From a virus, in the UHGV virus genome UHGV-0327568: 47,422 nucleotides of DNA, one strand, 5' to 3'. The notes under the pieces were generated by a model. The model saw only the letters and a program-made list of their open reading frames with translations. It was not told where the DNA came from and did not search any database. Both the position numbers and the translations under genes were made by a program. Each line of letters begins with the position of its first letter. The first letter of the stretch is position 1. Shown piece by piece: positions 34,825 to 45,685 of this stretch.

Positions 34825-34862
34825 ATGGTATAATTACGTCATTATGAAAACAGGATTTAGAC

Positions 34863-35570
34863 ATGAGACAACGCACACCGCTAACAGAAATCGGAGAGAT
34901 GCGCATCTCCCTGGCTGACAAGTCTTTTTTCTTCAAACCATCATTTGCGGCGATGAATGAGCTTGGCTCACCGAAAGAGATTGTCGAGATGTACGCTACG
35001 CTTAATGGCTATGAATACGCGGCCATACTCGGCGCCATTCAATCAATGCCATATGGCGCGCAGATTCAGGTGGCAAAAATCCTGTCACGTCCTGCCTATG
35101 GCAAGAAAGTGCTCAGCGCCGCCTGCCTCATCATGCAGTCCTGTTGCGATGATGATATCTCGGTGCTCATTGGATCATGGAAGCCGACTCCGCGCGGTGT
35201 TAAGTACGTCACCGGACGAATGCCAGTAAATGACATTATTATTATTGCTCGAAACCTGATGGAGCATGGCATCATCGGCAAGTCTCCGCTCAAGGTTCCT
35301 CAGCGCTCGGAAAACCAAAAGCGCACAACCAGTGAGTTGAGAATGTCGGATTACATCATCTCTGCTCGCACTCATTTCGGAATCACCCGTGAGGAAGCCG
35401 AAGACCTGACCATGACCGAGTATCAGCAGATGATAAAATCAAAATACCCGGAACCGGAAGGCATGACGCGCGAGCAGTATGATGCGTCTTATGAACGGGC
35501 CAAACTGAATAAACAGAAACTGAAAGAGAAAGCCGCCAGAAAGGCCGCTAAAAACAAAGGAGCAAAATAA
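34863..35570 (+). CDS. Putative tail assembly chaperone
   Basis: 235 aa immediately upstream of, and coupled to, the tape measure gene. Lys-rich C-terminus. Confidence 0.35.
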   Translation: MRQRTPLTEIGEMRISLADKSFFFKPSFAAMNELGSPKEIVEMYATLNGYEYAAILGAIQSMPYGAQIQVAKILSRPAYGKKVLSAACLIMQSCCDDDISVLIGSWKPTPRGVKYVTGRMPVNDIIIIARNLMEHGIIGKSPLKVPQRSENQKRTTSELRMSDYIISARTHFGITREEAEDLTMTEYQQMIKSKYPEPEGMTREQYDASYERAKLNKQKLKEKAARKAAKNKGAK

Positions 35571-38500
35571 TGGCAGAAGAAGTTGGCGGCATTGTCTATG
35601 AGGTTGGCATTGACACATCTCAGTTAGCAGCTGGCAGTCGTGAAATAGAGTCGATGCTAAATGACCTCAGCGGAAACATGGGGCGGCTCGAGGCCAGTGT
35701 AAACAGAACGGAGCGCTCTATAAGCTCAATGGAAGGAACCATGTCGAGCCTCACTGGTGTCGCAAAGGGATTGCTTGCAGCACTTTCCGTGCAACAGGTC
35801 GGGGCCTATGCTCAGGCGTGGCAGGATATGACTAACAAACTCTCTAACGCCGTGAGAGACTCGGTTCCGCCGTTTGAAACCCTTGCCGATGTAACTAATC
35901 GTGTTTTTGATATCGCGCAGAAAACACGCTCAGGACTGGATGCAACGGCCACCTTATATGCCAGGCTGGAGAGGTCTACCAGAAGCTATGGCGTAAGCGT
36001 GGAAGACCTGACAAGGCTGACAACAATAATCAATCAGGGTTTTGTTGTATCCGGCGCGTCAGCTGAGGAGGCAAGCAACGCAATTATCCAGCTCGCACAA
36101 GGCATGGCGTCTGGCGCCCTTCGAGGAGATGAGTTCAACTCAGTAAACGAGCAGGGCAACCGGCTCATGATAGCTCTTGCCGACTCTCTGGGTGTTGGCA
36201 TCGGTGAGCTTAGAAATATGGCCGCCCAAGGCAAATTGACAACGGATGTCATAGTCAATGGCCTCCTGTCGCAGGGAGATAGTATTGGGAGAGAGTTCGC
36301 CAAAACAACTTCTACCATCAGCCAGTCTCTGGAGATAGCCGGAAATAACGTTGCAAGATTCTTTGGGGAAAACGCAACCGTAAAAACAGGCGTAAAAATA
36401 TTTAGCGATTCAGTGATACTGGCCAGTGAAAATATTCAGGCTCTCGGTACAGCGTTAACCATTGTGGCTGGCGTAATGGGGAGCCGTTATGTTGGCGCGC
36501 TGGCAATGTCCACTGCCGCGAAAATATCAGATATAGCAGCATCAAGACAGCAATTGATCGCCGAGAATCAGCAGGCACAGTCAGCGCTTGTTGCTGCAAA
36601 TTCAGCGCAGAGGAAGGCTTTAGCTGATAAAGAGGCAGCGCTATCATCTCTGGCGCTTGCTCAGGCTGAATATAACGTAGCAAAAGGCAGTGCAGCCGAG
36701 ATGCTGGCGCTTGATGCTTTGGTTGCAGCAAAATCAAGAGCGAGTGCCGCGTCACTATCCCTTGCTCAGGCTGAAAACGCACAGGCTGCCGCATCAGCGA
36801 GAGCAGCATCCGCGGCAAGCGCTGCATCGGTAGGAATTGGCCTTGCCAGAGGTGCGCTTGCATTGATAGGCGGGCCAGCAGGCGCGGCGATGTTAGCAGC
36901 GGGGGCAATATTTTACTTTTGGCAGAAAGCACAGCAAGCCAGAGAAGAAGCAATCCGCTTTGCCGATAGTCTGGACAAAGTAAACGACTCAATGAAGGCG
37001 ATGAATAATACCCAACTCAGGGGGGTGATAGCTGACGCCAATATTTCAATTTCGGCTCAAAAGGATGCTGTGAGAAATCTGCAAAGTGAAGTTGATGCAC
37101 TTCGTGAGAGGTATCTTAGCTTCACTCCTGCCGCGCAAGAGGTGGCTGAATCACTTGGTCAAGGGTCGCAATTTGCTTCTGAACAGGAAAGGGTACTCAA
37201 TGAATTAAATAAAAAATCAAGAGATTTAGCTGACGCTCAGGAAAAACTAGCAAGAACTCAGGAAACGGCAGCCGAAGCAAGCAGGACCCTTACAAACAAC
37301 ATGCTCACGTCCATGGGTGTGCATGATGGTCTGATTGAGAAAGGTTCGACCCTTGAGAGAGTGCAGGGCGCTGTAGCAAGAGCATTTGGCCTGACTGCCG
37401 ATGAGATAAACCGAGCAAATCAGGCAGGCCAAAACTTCAACCCAAAATCCTTGCAAGTGTCGCCCCCAACAGAAGAAGCTGACAAGATAATCCTCAATCT
37501 TGAGGAGCAAAACCAACTTTTAAAAATACAGGATGAAAGACAAAGGGCAGTAACAAAGGCGAGAATGGAGGCAGCTAAGGTAACTGATAACCCCAATCAG
37601 ATAGCCAGAGCTGGTGAGCTTGCAGGGCAGATATATGATTTAAATGAGGCTGAGAAAGCAAGAGAAAAAGCGCAAAATGATTCTCAGTCAGCGGCCAACA
37701 AGGCAGCCACAGAGCAGGAGAATATCGCCAATAAACTTGAGCAGCTTCGCCAGAAGTCACTGCTTACCGCTGAAAGTACAAGAGAGCTTAGCCGCGAACA
37801 GTCAATACTGGCTGCTCAGCAATCCCTTGGCAAGGGGGCCACTCAGGAGCAGATTAATCTTGCCGGGCAATATGCGGCTAAGGCATGGGATAATGCCAAC
37901 GCGATCAAAGCTCAGGCAGAGGCAGAGAAAAAAAGAGTCGAGGCTGTCAAGGGGTTCGCTGCATTAAAATCGCAGACATCCCCAATGTTTGCCGTTGAAA
38001 CAAATTATCAGAAGGATTTAGCAGCGCTCAATGCTTACGCAGTAGCTTACCCGCAAAAGATAGCGGAGGTTGAGCAGGCTAGAGCAGCTATTGAGGAGCA
38101 ATATCGACAGCAGCGCCTTGATGCCATGTGGCAGGAGTGGAGCCAGCAGAATGCGGCTACGCAAGCAGCAGCTGCTGCATTTGATGCTTTTGGGCAAACA
38201 GCAAGCAATGCCTTGACTGGTATTTTGACTGGCTCAATGTCTGTTAGCGAGGCGCTACAGTCAATAGGGAGCAATGTGTTAAATGCGGTTATTAACTCTT
38301 TCGTTCAGATGGGTGTGGAGTGGCTTAAATCGGTGATTGTGGGGCAGGCAGGGATGGCGGCAGCATCTGCCGCAACCGCAGCTCAGGCGGCAGGAATAGC
38401 AGCGGCAATGGCCCCGGCAGCGGCAATGACCTCGCTTGCCACGGCTGGCGCTAACGCAATCCCTGCACAGGCTGGCATTGTTTCCACCGTTGGTGTGGCT

Positions 38501-38863
38501 AAAGCCATGTCTGTTGCTGGAGCATTGAAAAATGGTGGCCCTGCACAGGCTGGCTCTATGTATCAGGTTGGCGAGAACAACCTGCCTGAAATCTTCCAGG
38601 CCAGCAATGGCAATCAGTACATGATACCTGGCGACAACGGAAAGGTTATCAGCAACAAAGACCTTAGCGGCGGTGGCAGTGGTATCATTATTTATAATAA
38701 TGTCACCAATAACAGCAGCGGAGCAACAGCCTCATCAACAGCAAGAGATAATGGTGACGGCTCTGTTACAATTGAGACGATTGTGGCAGATATTAGCGAG
38801 GGAGGCCCGATAGCACAAGCGATCTCCAACCACACCACTGCAACCAGAAGGGCAACAGAATAA
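35570..38863 (+). CDS. Tail tape measure protein
   Basis: 1097 aa, Ala/Gln-rich coiled coil with an N-terminal tape-measure-like region. Sits before the tail tip genes. Confidence 0.85.
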   Translation: MAEEVGGIVYEVGIDTSQLAAGSREIESMLNDLSGNMGRLEASVNRTERSISSMEGTMSSLTGVAKGLLAALSVQQVGAYAQAWQDMTNKLSNAVRDSVPPFETLADVTNRVFDIAQKTRSGLDATATLYARLERSTRSYGVSVEDLTRLTTIINQGFVVSGASAEEASNAIIQLAQGMASGALRGDEFNSVNEQGNRLMIALADSLGVGIGELRNMAAQGKLTTDVIVNGLLSQGDSIGREFAKTTSTISQSLEIAGNNVARFFGENATVKTGVKIFSDSVILASENIQALGTALTIVAGVMGSRYVGALAMSTAAKISDIAASRQQLIAENQQAQSALVAANSAQRKALADKEAALSSLALAQAEYNVAKGSAAEMLALDALVAAKSRASAASLSLAQAENAQAAASARAASAASAASVGIGLARGALALIGGPAGAAMLAAGAIFYFWQKAQQAREEAIRFADSLDKVNDSMKAMNNTQLRGVIADANISISAQKDAVRNLQSEVDALRERYLSFTPAAQEVAESLGQGSQFASEQERVLNELNKKSRDLADAQEKLARTQETAAEASRTLTNNMLTSMGVHDGLIEKGSTLERVQGAVARAFGLTADEINRANQAGQNFNPKSLQVSPPTEEADKIILNLEEQNQLLKIQDERQRAVTKARMEAAKVTDNPNQIARAGELAGQIYDLNEAEKAREKAQNDSQSAANKAATEQENIANKLEQLRQKSLLTAESTRELSREQSILAAQQSLGKGATQEQINLAGQYAAKAWDNANAIKAQAEAEKKRVEAVKGFAALKSQTSPMFAVETNYQKDLAALNAYAVAYPQKIAEVEQARAAIEEQYRQQRLDAMWQEWSQQNAATQAAAAAFDAFGQTASNALTGILTGSMSVSEALQSIGSNVLNAVINSFVQMGVEWLKSVIVGQAGMAAASAATAAQAAGIAAAMAPAAAMTSLATAGANAIPAQAGIVSTVGVAKAMSVAGALKNGGPAQAGSMYQVGENNLPEIFQASNGNQYMIPGDNGKVISNKDLSGGGSGIIIYNNVTNNSSGATASSTARDNGDGSVTIETIVADISEGGPIAQAISNHTTATRRATE

Positions 38864-39333
38864 TGGCTATAGCTTACCCATCATGGCTTCCGCTGGCGCA
38901 GCGGGCCAGCAAGAACATGACGACTCAAACCCCATTCCGCAGCGATCAGCCTGCGGTTGGGGCGCCAATATTTCAAAAGTTAACTACCGATGTTGCAGTA
39001 ACATGGAGTTTGACGTGGGTTTTTACTCTGGAGCAAGACCGGGCTTTCATGCAGTGGTTAAGGAGTCCCAAGTATCTCAATAAATGCAACGAATGGTTTA
39101 CAATGGATGTTGATCTTGGGGGTAGTGGAAGACAAAACCAGACATTGCATTTTACTGACTATCCCGTTCAAACCAGCATCAATGGTGGCGTCGTAACATG
39201 GACAGGAAACGTGATAGCAAAAACGTTAAATAATAGTGATGATGGCTCTGATGATATTATCGTTGAATATCCACCAAGCCAAAGATTGTGGCTCGATGAA
39301 ATTGTTAACAGAGACTGGCCGGAGTATCCATAA
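38863..39333 (+). CDS. Minor tail protein (lambda M-like, by position)
   Basis: 156 aa; ATGA overlap with the tape measure gene. Confidence 0.45.
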   Translation: MAIAYPSWLPLAQRASKNMTTQTPFRSDQPAVGAPIFQKLTTDVAVTWSLTWVFTLEQDRAFMQWLRSPKYLNKCNEWFTMDVDLGGSGRQNQTLHFTDYPVQTSINGGVVTWTGNVIAKTLNNSDDGSDDIIVEYPPSQRLWLDEIVNRDWPEYP

Positions 39334-39803
39334 TGCCAACATTGCGTGAATACCAGTCGAAAAGACCAAACTGGAAACTGTATGACACCATAACCTTTTA
39401 TCATTCTTCATTTGGTTATGTCCGGCTAGTTGGCAATGAGTTTTCTGATATTGTACTTGGCGGTCATACTTACCAGCCAGTGCGCATGGATGTAACCAGA
39501 AGCCAGCAATCGAACACACCGGTAATCAATTCCACGCTGAAGTTTGCGAGACTGGCAAATGACTTTAAGCAATATTTAAAGTTATGGTCAGGTTCTGGAC
39601 GCATTGAGCCTATCACTGCGTTATACCAGCGTTTTGACGAGACTGACAAAAACACACCATTAAAACCATATACGCTTTATGTTAACGATGTGACGCTTGA
39701 TCAGTCTGATGTAACTGTCTCCATCTCCATAAAGAACCCAATCAATGGCAACGTGGCAAAACTTTATGACATCACAGAATTCCCAGGACTGCGTACCGTT
39801 TGA
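39333..39803 (+). CDS. Minor tail protein (lambda L-like, by position)
   Basis: 156 aa; coupled to its neighbours. Confidence 0.45.
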   Translation: MPTLREYQSKRPNWKLYDTITFYHSSFGYVRLVGNEFSDIVLGGHTYQPVRMDVTRSQQSNTPVINSTLKFARLANDFKQYLKLWSGSGRIEPITALYQRFDETDKNTPLKPYTLYVNDVTLDQSDVTVSISIKNPINGNVAKLYDITEFPGLRTV

Positions 39804-39815
39804 CGATTTTGAAAA

Positions 39816-40224
39816 AATGATGACTGGTAAGCCATACGTCGACAGATGTTGTCACGTTGATGCAGTGGACTGCTGGGGGCTGATAGTGCTGTTCTATCGC
39901 CTGTGCATGAATGCTAATGTCCATCATGATGATTCATATTCAAATGGCGGCGATTTTGCCACTTGTTTCAATGGAGAAGTTTCATTCTGGAAAGACACCG
40001 ATCATCCAAAAATTGGCGACGTGGTGGTTGCTTATCGCGGGAGCCATCCGGTACACGTCGCGTTGTGGTGGGGTCGTGATAAAATACTGCATGCGCGAGA
40101 GAAAACGGCAGTCAAGACAGACCGCCTTAAAACACTCGAAAAATTATCAACAAAATTAAGGTTCCTGACTTATGCCGGTTATTCACATTCAGAAGATACC
40201 AGGAGTTCCAAAAGAGACGGGTAA
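39816..40224 (+). CDS. NlpC/P60-family tail peptidase (lambda K-like)
   Basis: Catalytic Cys context [10 protein letters not shown] and downstream His ([12 protein letters not shown]). Start at ATG 39816, after the upstream stop. Confidence 0.65.
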
Positions 40225-42652
40225 TGTTCCTGCTGGCACTAATCTGTGGAGATGGCTGGAGAATTCCGGCCTTCCATCTGATATCAGGATTGCACTGAAT
40301 GGCCGCATTTTTGGCCCTGATGATGAATTGTCGATATCGTTAAAGCAAAACGATATTGTTAACATTTACTGTCAGCCTCGCGGCGCCATTGGCGACCTTA
40401 TCAGCACGATACTAAAGCCTGTAACTAAGGTTCTTTCTTTTCTGCTTCCAAAAGCATCAACGCCATCAACCAGCACCGGCACGACTGTTGAATCACCCAA
40501 TAACAGCCTGAAATCGCAAACCAATATTGCGCGAAACGGAGAGGCAAGACCTGACAACTTCGGTCAGGTAAGGGCATTTCCAGACCTGATTCAGGAATCG
40601 CTTTTTGAATACATTGACGATCTGAAGTACGTCACCGAGTTCATGAATTTTGGCCTTGGGAAATATACCATTTCATCGGTTCGCTATGCGGAAACTAACC
40701 TTGGCTCTCTGCCAGGCGCCACTCATGTCATCTACAATCCAGGTGATGTGATTGGACAAATCATTGAGCCTTATCAGTTCGACGGGCTTGATGGTCAGGA
40801 GGTTCCAGGGCTAAACGAATCGGATACAACTCCTGTTGAGTCTGCAACAACAACATCTGTTACCAGCGGTGATTATGCTGGCGGTCAGCTGTTAATGGTC
40901 ATACCAAAAAATACTGATTTTGATTACTTTATGGGGCTATCTTTGCCACACTCAGTAACATTAACAATAAATATTACTTACAATACAACATCTGGCCCTG
41001 TAACAAAAAATATCGAACTCAGCGGCAACATCATTTCAGCTGAGGAAACTGAGACAGGCGTCATTCCTGATATTCAGTATTTTTATAATTTCACCTTCAA
41101 TAATCTGACTGGCGCAAATATTGGCAACCTGAGCGGCGCAACCATCAACAATACTTATTTCCAGATTGTGGATAATGAGGCGCTCGTTGTTGGCCCATAT
41201 GTTGGAGCCGTGGAATCGACGCAGGTATGGGTTCATGTTCAGTCTGAGCTTGGGCCAACCAGTGGCACGGCGGATTATCTGATCAAGGTATGGGCGGTTG
41301 ATGATAATGGAGACGCAATTCCCGGAACCGAGGAGCAGCTCGCAGACAGTATTGACAACCCATTCAATCAGACAACAAAAACCTATCATCGCACGTATAA
41401 ATTAACTCCTGCTTATGGGCTGGCTAAGTATGCTATCAGCATTGAAAGGACAAACAACTCAAACTCTGGCAACCGCGTAACGTTGCAGGCGGCGCATGCC
41501 ATCAACATCCGCGAGAATGTAGTTTATCCTGATGACACCCTTGTTAAAGTCACGGTGAAGGCTACGCTTCAGCCCACATCAGTTACTGAGCGCAAATATA
41601 ATGCGCTGATCACCCGCTGGACTATTGGATACAACAGAACAACCGGGACAGTCGACTATACGTTAACTCCATCAAGAAGTTTTGCAGATTCAGTGCTGCA
41701 TAACTGGCTTATTACTGCTGGTCAACCTGAAAGCACTATTGACGTGGTAAGACTCTATGAAATAGCTGACGCACTGCCTGATGAGCGTCTTGGGTATTTT
41801 GATTACACATTTGACGATGAGGATAAATCGATCGGTGAACGAATTCAGACCATATGTGATGCAGCGCGTGTAACCGTGTTTTGGGATGATGGCGTCTTGT
41901 CTTTCTCAAGGGATGAGCAAAAATCAACTCCTGAAACCGTGTTCAATACCAGAAATACGCAGGCCGATGGCTATAAAATGTCTTATGATATGAATTTGCC
42001 AGGGGCATATGATGGCGTAAGTGTTCAGTACCGAGACCCAAACACCAACAAACAGGCTTACGTTTATTATAAAGTTGGCACTTCTGGTATCGAACCGGGA
42101 GAGCCAACTAAGCCGAAAAAATTCGACATGCTATATGTTCGAAACCTGTATCAGGCAACAGACCGGGCCATGCTTGAGTGCAACCGTCTCATGTACTCAC
42201 GCCGTGGGATGGAGATAAAAGCGCTTGCTGATGGTGAGTGGGTAAACGTTGGCGATATGATTTCCGTTGTTGACATTTATGATTCAGTGCAGCAGACGGG
42301 CGTTATCCGATCAAGGTCTGGAAACGTATTTACCACCAGTGAACAGCTCACGGCAGGAAGCGGCCTATTTGTGGTTATCACCGGTGCCAATGGGAATGTA
42401 TCAGAACGCCTTACCTGCACTATTACCGGTTTGAACACGTTCGAGTGCGCATTGCCATCTGACTTCGAGTTAAACATTTTTGACGGTGTTAATGTTCAGT
42501 CGGAATCAAGATATGCTATCTCCACAGAGGTTGAGCTTGACTCGACGTTATGGACAGTTAGCCAGAAAACCCCAGGTACAGATGGCACAGTGTCTCTTAC
42601 AGTAACTGAGTACAATGACGCCATGTACGCCTACACCAACCCTGTTGCATGA
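40172..42652 (+). CDS. Tail tip / central fibre protein (lambda J-like) with N-terminal ubiquitin-like segment
   Basis: 826 aa following the K-like gene. Its start overlaps the K-like gene 3' end by 53 nt. Confidence 0.6.
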   Translation: MPVIHIQKIPGVPKETGNVPAGTNLWRWLENSGLPSDIRIALNGRIFGPDDELSISLKQNDIVNIYCQPRGAIGDLISTILKPVTKVLSFLLPKASTPSTSTGTTVESPNNSLKSQTNIARNGEARPDNFGQVRAFPDLIQESLFEYIDDLKYVTEFMNFGLGKYTISSVRYAETNLGSLPGATHVIYNPGDVIGQIIEPYQFDGLDGQEVPGLNESDTTPVESATTTSVTSGDYAGGQLLMVIPKNTDFDYFMGLSLPHSVTLTINITYNTTSGPVTKNIELSGNIISAEETETGVIPDIQYFYNFTFNNLTGANIGNLSGATINNTYFQIVDNEALVVGPYVGAVESTQVWVHVQSELGPTSGTADYLIKVWAVDDNGDAIPGTEEQLADSIDNPFNQTTKTYHRTYKLTPAYGLAKYAISIERTNNSNSGNRVTLQAAHAINIRENVVYPDDTLVKVTVKATLQPTSVTERKYNALITRWTIGYNRTTGTVDYTLTPSRSFADSVLHNWLITAGQPESTIDVVRLYEIADALPDERLGYFDYTFDDEDKSIGERIQTICDAARVTVFWDDGVLSFSRDEQKSTPETVFNTRNTQADGYKMSYDMNLPGAYDGVSVQYRDPNTNKQAYVYYKVGTSGIEPGEPTKPKKFDMLYVRNLYQATDRAMLECNRLMYSRRGMEIKALADGEWVNVGDMISVVDIYDSVQQTGVIRSRSGNVFTTSEQLTAGSGLFVVITGANGNVSERLTCTITGLNTFECALPSDFELNIFDGVNVQSESRYAISTEVELDSTLWTVSQKTPGTDGTVSLTVTEYNDAMYAYTNPVA

Positions 42653-42690
42653 TACAATAGGGCAATCAATGATTACGGAGATTGCAGCCA

Positions 42691-45144
42691 ATGGCTACCA
42701 CCCCAACTAACAAGCCAGTCCCGTCTAACGACCTGAATGATTTTAGATACAACTGTGAAAAAGTTGACGAGATTGTAAACTCAGGTAGTGAGACGTACAC
42801 TGATAGATTCGGCGTGGAAAGATATACCATTGATGGGGTAAGAAAAAATCTTATTCCTCTTGGTAAGCAATATATGACACTTTCTGATGCACAGGCTGAT
42901 ATTGCTAATATACCGGTCAACTCTTACACATACGTGCGCGATGCTTCGGGTACATCTCTGGCGCTGGAATATCAAAATGTAGCTGGTACTCTAACAGCAA
43001 CTGGTCGTGCAATGCCGTCACAACAATCAGTAGACAAAGCATCAAAAGCCGTTGATTCCGGTTTGAATGTTTTGTTTGATCCGCTATTTGAGGTATTGCT
43101 ATCCAATCCTACCGTGGGAAGCAAAAAACACATTGTTAGCGGAACGTTAACCGCGGCTTTGTCGACCAATGCTAAATTAGGCTTCCCGGCTATTGTGGCT
43201 GGCCCCGCCGCGGGCGCCATAGCCGCTCGCAGATTATGGCTCGCCGATTGTGCCGTGGCTGTCGGGGATACCATATCTTTAAATGTTCTCGCATGGTACG
43301 CCAACGCTGGTGGGCGCGTTGCTTTTGTTTTTCGTAATGCGTCTGGTACTGCTATAGGGACACAGTATTTATTATACGCCACCGGAACAGGGTTCAATCG
43401 GTATTTGCGCACTCTAACAGCCCCATCTGGGGCGGTTATGCTGGATGTGCGTATCGAAAACACCGCTAATGCGGGTACGGTAGAGCTGGACGCAGTGTTT
43501 TTGATGTCTGCTACATCCGAAGCACATCCAACTGTGCCTGGTAGACCCGTGGCCCCCTATGCAGTGCCTCTGCAAAACAACGTTGTGACTACTTCTTCAA
43601 TTCAAAAGGCCGCCGTCACAGTGGATAAAGCATCATTTTTCATTCCAGGAGTTAACCTTTTTGATAAAGCTGCCGTCACATCGGGGTATTACGTTAACTA
43701 TACGACAGGTAATTTAATCGTTAACTCATCGTATTCTGCTTCTGACTATATTCCCGTAATAGCCGGAGAGAATTACACCCAAAGTTTTTCGCATCAAACC
43801 GCGTTCTACGATGCAAACAAAAATTATATTTCTGGCGTTGAAGCGCTAGCCTCTCCATCAACAGCCAGGACTTTAACTATTCCGGTTGGGGCAGCTTATG
43901 TACGAATGTCAGTCGCAAATACCGTACTCGATACGATGCAATTCGAAAAAGGTAATGAATCCACAAGTTACCAGCCATATGCATTACAGCTGGACCCGTC
44001 TTTAATACCAACTACAGCAGCCCCAGTCGTCGATTATGTAGAGAGAGCCTATCAGCTTCGCGTTACTCGGATGAAATTGGGGCAACTAGAAGCCGGTGTA
44101 TCGGCCATTCTTAATGTTGGTATTTTTGGCGATTCATGGGGAACATTAACCGAAAGATTCGCGAAACCTTTAGCAAAAGCGATTCGTGCTAAATATGGAT
44201 CCGGCCCTGGTGTTGGCTGGGTATCATTCGGCCGTCACAGCACATCCGCATCAATAATTAACGGCAACATTTTCTCAGTCAGCAGCGACCTGCCAACGCA
44301 ATTCACATGGACAGGATCATGGTTATTTAGTTATAGCGGCACGAAAAACCCAACCAACTCCAGTCCAGATACTGCTGTTGTTACGTCCTCTACACCAGGG
44401 GATGCACTGAAGGCTACGGTCCCTGGCACCTCGGACGGCGGGTGGTCAACTTGCCGCCTTGGGTTTGTCGGTACAAGCGACGGTGTTATTCGATATAACT
44501 GGGATGGAGGTGCGTGGACGACGCTCAACGTGCAAGGTAGTGGATTGCTTTTTGTCGATATTAACCCGCCAGCGACCGTAAATGCGTCTAACGTTCTAAA
44601 TATAGAAAACGTTTCTGGTACCGTTTCGCTCTGTGGACTAAATCCCCTGGCAACAGGAGCAGGCGTACGCGTTCATAAGCTAGGTGCGTCTGGCTCAAGT
44701 CTTGCATCATGGTTATCTATGGACGCTACTGATTTTGGCAAGGCTTTAACAGAATTAGCTCTTGATACGGTGATTATTATTACCGGCACAAATGACCAGA
44801 GGATAACTGGTGGCGCTACTGCATTTGAGTCTAACCTGCGCTCCTTTATCGCCCGCATCAGGGCGACATTGCCCGGCGCTGATATCCTGTTTGTCATGCC
44901 GTGTGAGAACCAAAGAACTGACAACCCGGTATCGATGGCTTCAATGGCCGCCAGAGCCAGAGCGGTAGCCGCAGATCTTAATTGCACATTTATAAACCTG
45001 CAATACATTTTCGGAGAGAATGCGGCAGATTATGCATACGGTTCTACGCATTCATGGTTTGCTTCTGACGGAATACATCCAGCCCCTGCTACTGGAGGGT
45101 ATTTAATAAAAGATGCAATATATCGTGTAATGACAATGAGATAA
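42691..45144 (+). CDS. Tail fibre / receptor-binding protein with C-terminal SGNH (GDSL) hydrolase domain
   Basis: Start ATG 42691 (the ORF track begins at TTG 42682). C-terminal block I LNVGIFGDSWGT (GDS-x), GTND block and DGIHPAPATGGYL (DxxH), typical of SGNH esterases. Confidence 0.65.
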   Translation: MATTPTNKPVPSNDLNDFRYNCEKVDEIVNSGSETYTDRFGVERYTIDGVRKNLIPLGKQYMTLSDAQADIANIPVNSYTYVRDASGTSLALEYQNVAGTLTATGRAMPSQQSVDKASKAVDSGLNVLFDPLFEVLLSNPTVGSKKHIVSGTLTAALSTNAKLGFPAIVAGPAAGAIAARRLWLADCAVAVGDTISLNVLAWYANAGGRVAFVFRNASGTAIGTQYLLYATGTGFNRYLRTLTAPSGAVMLDVRIENTANAGTVELDAVFLMSATSEAHPTVPGRPVAPYAVPLQNNVVTTSSIQKAAVTVDKASFFIPGVNLFDKAAVTSGYYVNYTTGNLIVNSSYSASDYIPVIAGENYTQSFSHQTAFYDANKNYISGVEALASPSTARTLTIPVGAAYVRMSVANTVLDTMQFEKGNESTSYQPYALQLDPSLIPTTAAPVVDYVERAYQLRVTRMKLGQLEAGVSAILNVGIFGDSWGTLTERFAKPLAKAIRAKYGSGPGVGWVSFGRHSTSASIINGNIFSVSSDLPTQFTWTGSWLFSYSGTKNPTNSSPDTAVVTSSTPGDALKATVPGTSDGGWSTCRLGFVGTSDGVIRYNWDGGAWTTLNVQGSGLLFVDINPPATVNASNVLNIENVSGTVSLCGLNPLATGAGVRVHKLGASGSSLASWLSMDATDFGKALTELALDTVIIITGTNDQRITGGATAFESNLRSFIARIRATLPGADILFVMPCENQRTDNPVSMASMAARARAVAADLNCTFINLQYIFGENAADYAYGSTHSWFASDGIHPAPATGGYLIKDAIYRVMTMR

Positions 45145-45145
45145 C

Positions 45146-45170
45146 AAAAAGGGCCATTCGGCCCTTTCTT
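45146..45170. terminator. Bidirectional rho-independent terminator
   Basis: AAAGGGCC-attc-GGCCCTTT between the convergent tail fibre and SSB genes. Confidence 0.65.
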
Positions 45171-45172
45171 CA

Positions 45173-45676
45173 TCAAAACGGAATGTCATCATCAAAATCC
45201 ATCGGCGGCTCGTTTGCTGGTGGTTTTTGTGTATTTGATGGTTGCTGCGGTTTACCCCACCCTGATTGCTGATTACTTCCTGACTGTTGCCGCTGCTGTG
45301 ATTGTTGGTTTCCATTATCACTTGATTTACCACCAATCATTTGCATAACGCCGTTCATAGGCTGCAAGACGATTTCAGTAGTGTATTTTTCAACACCGCT
45401 TTGATCTGTCCATTTGCGAGTGCGTAATTTACCTTCTACATACACCTGAGAGCCTTTGCGCAGGTATTCGCCAGCCACCTCTGCCAGCTTTCCGAAGATA
45501 ACTACACGATGCCATTCAGTTTGCTCTTTCTTTTCACCTGTGGCCTTGTCATTCCACTGTTCTGATGTTGCCAGAGACAGATTGCACACAGCGCCGCCAG
45601 ATGGCATATATTTAACTTCCGGGTCTTGTCCGAGAGTGCCTAAAATGATTACTTTGTTGATTCCGCGAGATGCCAT
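45173..45676 (-). CDS. ssb: Single-stranded DNA-binding protein
   Basis: OB-fold N-terminus [39 protein letters not shown], Gln/Gly-rich linker and acidic tip DFDDDIPF. Confidence 0.9.
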   Translation of the reverse strand: MASRGINKVIILGTLGQDPEVKYMPSGGAVCNLSLATSEQWNDKATGEKKEQTEWHRVVIFGKLAEVAGEYLRKGSQVYVEGKLRTRKWTDQSGVEKYTTEIVLQPMNGVMQMIGGKSSDNGNQQSQQRQQSGSNQQSGWGKPQQPSNTQKPPANEPPMDFDDDIPF

Positions 45677-45685
45677 AATTTACCC

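Noticed and set aside
36034-36992. Minus-strand ORFs (94 aa and 196 aa) inside the tape measure gene
   Set aside because: Antisense to a long, compositionally biased (Ala/Gln-rich) gene. Such genes routinely keep the reverse frames open. No start or RBS context.
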